Assembly: GCA_964648855.1 (NCBI GenBank)
Contig: CAZYLT010000042.1
Span: forward strand, 1-9,206
Length of the DNA: 9,206 bases
Direction: 5' to 3'
Origin: an uncultured archaeon
Lineage (GTDB): Archaea; Asgardarchaeota; Thorarchaeia; Thorarchaeales; Thorarchaeaceae
The translations under genes and the position numbers were made by a program. The notes under the pieces were generated by a model. That model ran no database searches and was not told where the DNA came from. It saw only the letters and a list, made by a program, of their open reading frames with translations. Numbering within the stretch: the first letter of the stretch is position 1; every line of letters begins with the position of its first letter. Positions 1 to 6,596 of the stretch are shown in pieces.

Positions 1-1
1 G

Positions 2-82
2 AAGGAGGAGGACTTACACCGCATTCTGAACACTAGAAACCGTGACTATTTGCAACAACCAAACGCATCTACGATTTCCTGA
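2..82 (+). CDS. Possible 3' end of an upstream gene (partial, KEEDLHRILNTRNRDYLQQPNASTIS*)
   Basis: Longest + frame open from the window edge, ending at TGA 80-82; no recognisable motif. Confidence 0.25.
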   Translation, partial: KEEDLHRILNTRNRDYLQQPNASTIS

Positions 83-306
83 GTGTGAGTGGTGTCCAGC
101 AATATTCTGCATCATTCTTTCGGAATCTTCGGCGAGTTGAACAAGGAACCTGAGGTATATTGAGCGCACAGAGATTCAATATCCATAACACCACCATAGG
201 AGGAAGTTGGTTTACATGCGCCTCTGTGATCCAATTCAGAATCCCCGGATGTTGAAACGGGATTTCCTTAAATGGCAAATCTGAGAGATGCAATCGGGGT
301 GGCATA

Positions 307-1155
307 TTGGGCACACTAAGAACAATTGGATGGATATTTTTCTTAGTTAGTGGAACTGCTTTATCTGCGTTGCCCTTGATTCTGCTTATACTGCTTATTC
401 AGTGCAGCTGGACATCTTTAAGCGACATGGTCTACTTTGAATATCTTCTTTATGCCTTTAGCATCATCATACTGCAATTTGCGGTCTCGACAGCCTTTCT
501 GGGAACAGATTATGACCAACAAAAAGACACTAGAACTGCTATCAAGATATTCTGTCTGCTGCCGTTCTTTCTCCAAGTATTCATATTATTAAGTGGGCTT
601 TATTTCGGCCTGGATTCAGATTATGCCTTTATAGTAATCCTGAGCATCATTGTCTTTCATGCAATGCGACGCGCGCCTTCATTCCTAATACCCGTCATCC
701 CAAGAAACCCATCAAGCTTCAGAGACCCAGGCAATCAAATCAACAGGTCATGGCTCGGGAAAGCTCAGAAAGCACTGAATAAGAAAAATCTACACGGGTT
801 CTACATGAACCTCGGAAAGAGCATGGAGCAGGCTCTGAAGCATATAGAGGGTAGCAGGAGTAAGTTCTCACTGTGGACGCGAATATCTATGTGGAGAACG
901 CACTTTGGAGGAGGTTTGTTGAGTGATCTCAAAGCTGCAGAGAGATTCTTTCATGCGAAAAGGCTGAAGCTCACAAAATGGAGATTGAAGAGTCTGTGGG
1001 ATAGCGCACACCGGGCTCGCAAGGAACGCAATACGGCGAGTCACTCCAAGGTCAAACCTTTACAGAAGAATGGAACTGGTAATCTCCTCAACGATGTTAG
1101 ACAACTGGTCTTGGCATTAGAGAATTGGAGAGTTGACCAATATAGCAATCAATAG
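307..1155 (+). CDS. Membrane protein (~4 TM helices) with C-terminal HEPN-like domain, putative RNase
   Basis: TTG start preceded by GGGGTGG (296-302). The first ~120 aa hold four hydrophobic stretches. The C-terminal half has the HEPN-type helix WLGKAQKAL...FYMNLGKSMEQALK and an RxxxxH motif (RKE-RNTASH). Confidence 0.75.
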   Translation: MGTLRTIGWIFFLVSGTALSALPLILLILLIQCSWTSLSDMVYFEYLLYAFSIIILQFAVSTAFLGTDYDQQKDTRTAIKIFCLLPFFLQVFILLSGLYFGLDSDYAFIVILSIIVFHAMRRAPSFLIPVIPRNPSSFRDPGNQINRSWLGKAQKALNKKNLHGFYMNLGKSMEQALKHIEGSRSKFSLWTRISMWRTHFGGGLLSDLKAAERFFHAKRLKLTKWRLKSLWDSAHRARKERNTASHSKVKPLQKNGTGNLLNDVRQLVLALENWRVDQYSNQ

Positions 1156-1176
1156 GGCATATTATGTCCGGGACAG

Positions 1177-2253
1177 TCAATCTGTTTTGAGTATGATACG
1201 CTTATCTTCAACAATAGCCATAACCCTTCCCAGTCGACTCTCTTCAGGACCCATTGCTTCCCAAGCACTAGCAAGGTATGCGTCAACATCACCTGATGAT
1301 ATCTTTATGCACGGTGAGTAGACAAGAAGTTCTTCAATCAGCCGACCTATATTGGATATCTTAAATCGAGATTTTTCAATTTTCTTCAGATTGCCACCAT
1401 ATGTGGGCTGTTGGACATAGAGAGTTTCCATGCCTTCATTCTGTGCGGACTGACGTTGGTGCTTGTCAGCGGTAAGAAAGATTATTCTCGTGTTAGTATT
1501 CTTCTGAAGAAAGCTCACTTCATACCGAATCAGGCTGTCAAAAACCGCATCGACGAACTTGGTTTCAGTCTGAATGCGTTCTGAATAATACAAATGTGCG
1601 GGCATACTAATGATGACGCGATGCTTCTCCTGTAGCCGCCTCATCTCCCGCAGCCCCTTGATTCCAATTCGTCCCTGGTGTGATGCAACTCGATAGATTG
1701 GATCTTGCGAGTCGAAGGTTGGTTCTTTGTAACTGCCAGTCATTAGCCGATAGTAGTTTTGGTCACGGTTGTGAATACCTTCTAGTCGGTCAACAAAGGC
1801 GGATTTACGAAAAGTGTTGCTCAGCTTGTAATGGAGCTCATGGTCCACTCCTGATGGTACTACAAGGAAGTGAGGTAGTCGCTTATACGGTTCTGGATGA
1901 TGGAGATTCATGTAATTGGGATAGAAGTGACTTATCACGAGATTGGTGTCTAGTGCCAATGCAACTGTTCGATTGCCCGGATTCTCCAAGGCGTCGTCAA
2001 TAACCTTCGAAAGCTCTTCATCGTTCTTCGAAGGAATCATGCCGGCACGCCAGACCATCTGCACGAGTTCTCTGGTTTCTAATTTGCGTTCGATTTCCAG
2101 AAGGCATTTACCAAAATCTATAGACAACCTAATGACATGTCCATTGTACTCGTTCCATCCTCTTACCTCCAGAATCTTGCTCTCAGAGTATAAACCATTG
2201 AGCAAGTCTGTCAATGTTTCAGGCTGCGGGCTCGATCTTTTTGACTTCGGCAT
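1177..2253 (-). CDS. PIN-domain protein (putative RNase) with N- and C-terminal extensions
   Basis: PIN motifs: ALALDTNL (first Asp), VVPSGVDHEL (Glu), FDSLI (Asp), FLTADK...AQNEG (last Asp). Start uncertain (GTG 2268, ATG 2262 or ATG 2253); it overlaps the upstream CARF gene, suggesting translational coupling. Confidence 0.8.
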   Translation of the reverse strand: MPKSKRSSPQPETLTDLLNGLYSESKILEVRGWNEYNGHVIRLSIDFGKCLLEIERKLETRELVQMVWRAGMIPSKNDEELSKVIDDALENPGNRTVALALDTNLVISHFYPNYMNLHHPEPYKRLPHFLVVPSGVDHELHYKLSNTFRKSAFVDRLEGIHNRDQNYYRLMTGSYKEPTFDSQDPIYRVASHQGRIGIKGLREMRRLQEKHRVIISMPAHLYYSERIQTETKFVDAVFDSLIRYEVSFLQKNTNTRIIFLTADKHQRQSAQNEGMETLYVQQPTYGGNLKKIEKSRFKISNIGRLIEELLVYSPCIKISSGDVDAYLASAWEAMGPEESRLGRVMAIVEDKRIILKTD

Positions 2254-2788
2254 CCAAATCATCCACACTGATTAGTATCGTTTCAGCATCATCCAACCCC
2301 AGTTCATAGGCCTTCTTTGCCAGCTTCTCTCTTGAGAAGTCATGAAGGAGATAATACGAGATGAAGACCTCACGACCGTATTTTTGATGCACAAGAAGCG
2401 AGGCAACCAAGGCACTGCCCGTCATCATCTTCCGTCCGGCCGTCGTGTCTACAACCACTTGGCATCCCTCGGGGCATCGCTCCAACAATGCCTTTGCTAT
2501 GATTTTTGTGGCTACTGGAAGGTCTGCCTCAGGAATCCAGATGATATCGTCTGTCCTGAATTCAATCTTCTCAAATGCTTTCGGAGCCATTCGCGATGAT
2601 ATTTGTTTGCTCAGGTCACATACTTGCTGGATGATGTTCTCTCCCTTTGCGGATGGCTCTCCGTCATCCCAGGAGGTTATGAAGTACACCTCATCGATTT
2701 CAGGATCATTTTCTGACCTGAGATACCAAGATAACGAGTTTGCACACGCCTGTGGCGTCACACCAACCGTCATGAAATATTTCGACAT
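2219..2788 (-). CDS. Stand-alone CARF-domain protein (Crn1/Csx14-like; cyclic oligoadenylate binding or ring nuclease), ~189 aa
   Basis: ATG at 2788 preceded by a strong SD (AGGAGGT), so shorter than the 2866 ORF call. CARF motif I YFMTVGVTP, second strand IDEVYFITS, and motif II VVDTTAGRKMM (DxTxGRKxM). No HTH or nuclease domain fused. Confidence 0.82.
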   Translation of the reverse strand: MSKYFMTVGVTPQACANSLSWYLRSENDPEIDEVYFITSWDDGEPSAKGENIIQQVCDLSKQISSRMAPKAFEKIEFRTDDIIWIPEADLPVATKIIAKALLERCPEGCQVVVDTTAGRKMMTGSALVASLLVHQKYGREVFISYYLLHDFSREKLAKKAYELGLDDAETILISVDDLDAEVKKIEPAA

Positions 2789-2876
2789 CCAGTTACCTCC
2801 TAAACCTACCTCCCTTGGTGTGAATGATTGTATTAAAGCATTCGGGAATTGCACCTTTGTGACCAATTCTCAAAAC

Positions 2877-2966
2877 ATTGCAAAACAAGATATAACTAGA
2901 GGAGAATGAAATAATTGTAAATATGAGTGTCTTGCAGAACCAAAATATCATAGATAGAGCAAGAAC
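2877..2966 (+). repeat. Pair of degenerate CRISPR-repeat-like 36-mers separated by 18 nt
   Basis: ATTGCAAAACAAGATATAACTAGAGGAGAATGAAAT (2877-2912) and CTTGCAGAACCAAAATATCATAGATAGAGCAAGAAC (2931-2966): about 26 identities with 3 gaps by hand alignment. Both start with xTTGCA like the repeat at 3303. Confidence 0.35.
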
Positions 2967-3194
2967 CGTATCTTTCATGCGTGCTAACACCTGTCTTGAA
3001 GCATAAATAGAATCTGATGACCTCTCCCAAATGCAATCTCGTGTCCTTGGGTGACCTGAGTCTTCGGGCACAAAACACATTAGACCTCTCACAGGATAGT
3101 AACCCTAGATGGAAATGAGCACAAGAAATCAATTTATTTTGCATAACTCAAGAATTCGATTTTATTCCTATTTTTCTAGTATAATTTCACGAGT

Positions 3195-3239
3195 TGCGAT
3201 GCCCTTTATAAGCGACAGCAAGTTTGAGGGGGCATCGCA
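3195..3239. promoter_or_regulatory. Inverted repeat enclosing a TATA-like box, in a putative CRISPR leader
   Basis: TGCGATGCCC (3195-3204) / GGGCATCGCA (3230-3239) are perfect 10-bp arms. TTTATAAG lies directly inside the left arm, with an AT-rich tract at 3125-3190 upstream. Confidence 0.45.
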
Positions 3240-3302
3240 TGGCATGCCTGGAAGCGGAGTTATGCGGGCTCGTATGGGCAAAATTGATATGTTTGACGGG
3301 CT

Positions 3303-3338
3303 ATTGCAGAAGTGAATCCCGAAGAAAGGGAATTAGAC
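3303..3338 (+). CRISPR. Single CRISPR-type repeat ATTGCAGAAGTGAATCCCGAAGAAAGGGAATTAGAC (orphan repeat or mini-array)
   Basis: 36 nt with a CCC-gaagaaa-GGG hairpin followed by an 8-nt tail, the layout of Cas6-processed repeats. 24 nt (3310-3333) match 9183-9206 exactly in reverse complement, next to cas1/cas2. Confidence 0.6.
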
Positions 3339-3469
3339 ACTAAAGGTAGCCTTCTGTTCCTCTTAATATACGAAGATGAAAGACCGGTCTTAGGTAGTCG
3401 ATATGCCCCATTATTTCTGACGTTGCGAACCAGATCCTCTTCTCTATCTGATTTTCTCTAAATGACCAA

Positions 3470-3495
3470 GAAATCAAAGAATCTGCTTTGATTTC
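3470..3495. other. Perfect 10-bp stem hairpin/palindrome
   Basis: GAAATCAAAG-aatctg-CTTTGATTTC. Confidence 0.6.
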
Positions 3496-3555
3496 AGATT
3501 GACAGCAAAGTTATCGCATTCGTTTTCCTCTTGGAACTGGAAGTTGAATGATGTA

Positions 3556-3582
3556 GATGGAAAGTTTCAGGGTACTCTCTTA
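3556..3582 (+). repeat. 27-bp direct repeat, copy 1 (upstream of micro-ORF)
   Basis: GATGGAAAGTTTCAGGGTACTCTCTTA; 26/27 identical to 5178-5204. Confidence 0.85.
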
Positions 3583-3617
3583 ATAGTTCAATATTCCATA
3601 TTATTTACAATGGTAGG

Positions 3618-3761
3618 ATGACCAAAATGGGCGATGAAGACATAATCTATATCGATGAAGAAGGTAACATTATTGAATCGAACGTTGTGGAGTCCTCAAC
3701 GGACGAGGAAAAGGGACCTACGACTGCCATAAGGGACAACTTGGGGGAGTTCGCGTTATAA
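3618..3761 (+). CDS. Small acidic peptide (47 aa; 44 aa from ATG 3627), candidate modifier/substrate of the E1-E2-JAB module
   Basis: MTKMGDEDIIYIDEEGNIIESNVVESSTDEEKGPTTAIRDNLGEFAL*. It has 13 D/E, protein-like composition, GGTAGGATG upstream of ATG 3627, and lies just downstream of the 27-bp element. Too short for the ORF track. Confidence 0.6.
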   Translation: MTKMGDEDIIYIDEEGNIIESNVVESSTDEEKGPTTAIRDNLGEFAL

Positions 3762-3912
3762 TCTTGATTGCATGAATTCAACGTCTGCAGTCCAAAGTGG
3801 AGCGTAATTCTAGCGCAACATTCGTGCTGTAGAAATATTGGCGACCAATGCGATAGCTCCGGTCATCATTGGTTGCATTTGCTTCAAGGAAGCAGCTGTT
3901 GAGGGAAAACAA

Positions 3913-5124
3913 GTGCTCGACTATGGAACAACATACACGAATCACGCGAAGATTTCGGGATTTCTATTTTCATTTCTTGTAAGCTATGTTTTGAGGTCAT
4001 CACCTCTCATATTATCACATCTATTCAATGAGTCAACACTTATGCTCTATTTATTCCCGTTCTGGATCGGCATCGAACTATTCCTCATCTCTGTTTTTGC
4101 TGTCTATGGATGGACAGGAGTTGTCCTATCAATACTGATAGACGCAAATCTAAGGCCAACTCTGCAAATTGACCCTATTGTCTTTTTAGTGTCAGAAGCG
4201 ATCACGGTGACGATTATAGCAATTAGCCATGCAAATAGATGGTACAAGGGAATAACCCCTAGATGGAAATCCATGCTAGTGGCGGCAATAGCACCGTTCC
4301 CAGGAGTACCAGTAGTAAGCCTAATCTTTCTCAAGCTGTTGGAGGTTCAAGTCACTACAACTGAAATCTTCCATCTTGCCTTAATGTGGATTGATTCTCT
4401 AGTTTTCATATGCATAACTGCACCAATATCTCTTCACATCTTCCTGAAGCGGGGTGGCAGTAGAAGAAATTGGGCACCGATATGGCTCATTCATTTTATT
4501 GAGGGCCCAATCCGGCCCAGCAGAGGGGTAGCCAATCCTGTTGAACAGGCATACTCGTCTCGCGTCGAGAGAAACTCGGCTCAGAAATATCGTATTTGGT
4601 GGGATTTTGAAAATGTATCCATGCCACCGAATGAAATACGTGATTTCATAAATAAGATACAGGGAGAAATGATTCCGGGGATGGTTTTTGCTGATTGGAA
4701 TCGCTTCTCCGACGGAATGTTGAAGGCGCTGTATCGGGCCATGGTGACTCCAGTTCATGTGCCGGATGACAGAGAAGATGCTGCTGACAAAGTAATGAAA
4801 TCGAAGATGGCACAGGTGAGGCATGAAGGAAATATTACCGAAGTAGTTGTGACAGGTGATCAAGGATTCTATGGGATTGTTCGCGATTGGGTTGAGGCTG
4901 GAGTGAGGGTATGGATTGTGACTCAAAACCAATGCTACAGCAGAAGCTTGGCACAAGTTGCTACTCTCCATTCAGAGATCTCAACATTTCCCAGATGTTC
5001 TTCAATTGGAGAAGCGGGTTATCAGTCTTCGATTGAAGATAATGTACGAATAATCTGTGACGCGTGCAATCATGATAATAACATTGGGAATCAAGTTTGT
5101 GAACGATGTAATACCAGGTTCTAG
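3913..5124 (+). CDS. Multi-pass membrane protein (MASE1-like) fused to a NYN (LabA/DUF88) RNase domain and a C-terminal zinc ribbon
   Basis: N-terminal ~5-6 hydrophobic helices with MASE1-like patterns (FPFWIGI...YGW; MWIDSL...TAP). NYN motifs IWWDFENV, FADW, EDAADK, VVVTGDQGF...GVRVWIV. C-terminal CDAC...CERC. Start is either GTG 3913 (GAGGG at 3901-3905) or TTG 3838. Confidence 0.8.
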   Translation: MLDYGTTYTNHAKISGFLFSFLVSYVLRSSPLILSHLFNESTLMLYLFPFWIGIELFLISVFAVYGWTGVVLSILIDANLRPTLQIDPIVFLVSEAITVTIIAISHANRWYKGITPRWKSMLVAAIAPFPGVPVVSLIFLKLLEVQVTTTEIFHLALMWIDSLVFICITAPISLHIFLKRGGSRRNWAPIWLIHFIEGPIRPSRGVANPVEQAYSSRVERNSAQKYRIWWDFENVSMPPNEIRDFINKIQGEMIPGMVFADWNRFSDGMLKALYRAMVTPVHVPDDREDAADKVMKSKMAQVRHEGNITEVVVTGDQGFYGIVRDWVEAGVRVWIVTQNQCYSRSLAQVATLHSEISTFPRCSSIGEAGYQSSIEDNVRIICDACNHDNNIGNQVCERCNTRF

Positions 5125-5177
5125 AATTATCGTGGTGTATGGGATTGTTCCAAGATAGTATCAATTTATGCAGATTG

Positions 5178-5204
5178 GATGGAAAGTTTCAGGGTGCTCT
5201 CTTA
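5178..5204 (+). repeat. 27-bp direct repeat, copy 2 (upstream of E2-E1-JAB operon)
   Basis: GATGGAAAGTTTCAGGGTGCTCTCTTA; 26/27 identical to 3556-3582. Confidence 0.85.
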
Positions 5205-5271
5205 TTTGTAAAGGGGTATACTGAGTATTGTAGGAACATGGAGGAGAAGAGCATGACAAAGGTGAAACACT

Positions 5272-5712
5272 TTGACTAAATCAGATTATCACCTGGCTGT
5301 GAATAAAGGGCTACTAATTACTGGTCGGGATCTCAATAGGACTCGATGGCGAGTGGAGTCAGAACGGCTCAGGCTATACTGTCCCGGCTGGAAACTGGAA
5401 TTAAGAAGACAGAATGGCGAAAAGACCATGACAAAAACGATGGGCTCGGTGAAGTGTGGTAGGAAGGCGTTCGACTTGATTATTAAGATTCCAAACCACT
5501 ATCCATACAAGATTCCCACAGTATTTACTCACAGATGGAGCACAGGAGACTCGCCTCATGTATACAACAATGGAGCACTCTGTGTTATGAAATCAGACCA
5601 GTGGAGGTCTATCTACTCACTTGCTTTAGTTGTCAAGAAGGCGACTGTCTGGATCCATAAATACCTCTCTTGGAAGAAGAAGAGTAGATGGCCAGGCAGG
5701 GCACAGGACTAG
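5272..5712 (+). CDS. Prokaryotic E2/UBC-like ubiquitin-conjugating enzyme
   Basis: UBC-fold signature IKIPNHYPYKIP, PHVYNNGALC (catalytic Cys), downstream W, and a W..KY..W....WPG tail typical of prokaryotic E2s. TTG start with GGTGA at 5261-5265. Confidence 0.8.
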   Translation: MTKSDYHLAVNKGLLITGRDLNRTRWRVESERLRLYCPGWKLELRRQNGEKTMTKTMGSVKCGRKAFDLIIKIPNHYPYKIPTVFTHRWSTGDSPHVYNNGALCVMKSDQWRSIYSLALVVKKATVWIHKYLSWKKKSRWPGRAQD

Positions 5713-5723
5713 GGGGAACCACG

Positions 5724-6551
5724 ATGGATTACAAGAGAATAGAATACATTCTTACGCCGGAGGAATTGGAATCAAAGGAAGTTCTCGTTGTCGGTCTTGG
5801 CAGCGGAGGAGCACCAGTTGTACAACATATGGGAATGAATGGTGTTCGGAATTGGCTGCTGTACGACCCAGATCGACTCGATGTGGTCAATCTTGTGAAG
5901 CACCCAGCCATGAGAAGTGAATTGGGCGAACTAAAAGTCAATATCATGGAGAAGTGGTTGCTAGATAGAAATCCCGAATCCAGAGTAAAGAGTTGTCCTG
6001 AGGATGTAATGCAGTCACCTGCTTTTGAGGAGGATGTAAAGGCTGCAGACATAGTAATATCAGCCTCCGATAGCATGCAAGTTCGGCAATATGTGAATCG
6101 GATTTGTGTTGATAACTCGACCATGTGTGTCACTGCAAACGTTTTCAGAACCGGGTTTGGTGGGGAGGTATTTAGCTACATTCCAGGTAAGACTGGCTGT
6201 TTTCAGTGTCTTCTCTTTATTAGCCAGAAGCAGGGATGGCATGCATTAGATTCATCAATAGACCTGTTGCCTGAAGAAGAAGAACATATTTACGGACTTG
6301 ATGAACGGGAATTCAAAGCGTCAGGTTTATCGATGGACATCGCGATTATATCATCCATTGCAGCAAAAAGGGCCCTTCGTCTGATTCTGCGGAACCCCAA
6401 CCCAAAGTTCTATCCCGAAGACCGTTCGAATTATATCATATTCTACATGAGAAGCATCTCTGGGTATCAAGCATTCTCAAGCGATAGATACTTCATTTCT
6501 CCACAGGCTCAATGCTTTTGCGCCCACCTAGAAGAAGGTGAGCCAGATTGA
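5724..6551 (+). CDS. ThiF/MoeB-family E1-like adenylyltransferase
   Basis: VLVVGLGSGG nucleotide-binding loop, DPDRLDVVNLVKH, GELKV, ASDS, GCFQC and a C-terminal CFC. ATG 5724 follows GGGGGA, 11 nt after the E2 stop. Confidence 0.92.
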   Translation: MDYKRIEYILTPEELESKEVLVVGLGSGGAPVVQHMGMNGVRNWLLYDPDRLDVVNLVKHPAMRSELGELKVNIMEKWLLDRNPESRVKSCPEDVMQSPAFEEDVKAADIVISASDSMQVRQYVNRICVDNSTMCVTANVFRTGFGGEVFSYIPGKTGCFQCLLFISQKQGWHALDSSIDLLPEEEEHIYGLDEREFKASGLSMDIAIISSIAAKRALRLILRNPNPKFYPEDRSNYIIFYMRSISGYQAFSSDRYFISPQAQCFCAHLEEGEPD

Positions 6552-6596
6552 TTCGAAAGCGTAATTTCCGGTTCACGGAAGGATTGGAGGACGGGG

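Noticed and set aside
239-264. AATCCC...GGGATT hairpin containing GTTGAAAC, faintly like the CRISPR repeat
   Set aside because: Only ~7 nt shared with the 3303 repeat and a different loop length; insufficient evidence.
69-314. 81-aa minus-strand ORF
   Set aside because: No motif, overlaps the start and SD of the 307 gene; probably spurious.
2789-2866. N-terminal extension of the CARF ORF to 2866
   Set aside because: A strong SD precedes ATG 2788, and CARF motif I starts right after it.
1680-2909. Plus-strand ORFs 1680-2003, 1943-2275, 2342-2599, 2445-2909
   Set aside because: Antisense shadows of the motif-supported PIN and CARF genes.
2793-3315. ORFs 2793-3092, 2896-3144, 3109-3315
   Set aside because: No motifs, atypical composition, and they overlap repeat-like and leader-like non-coding elements.
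3422-3456. GTTGCGAACCAGATCC... as a second repeat of the mini-array
   Set aside because: 83 nt from the first repeat (too long for one spacer) and the 3' half does not match.
3103-4270. 14-nt match CCCTAGATGGAAAT at 3103-3116 and 4257-4270
   Set aside because: The second copy is inside a coding region, and one such match in 9 kb is compatible with chance.
5238-5279. 13-aa ORF MEEKSMTKVKHFD overlapping the E2 start
   Set aside because: Too short to support; it could be a leader peptide or a decayed remnant but there is no evidence.
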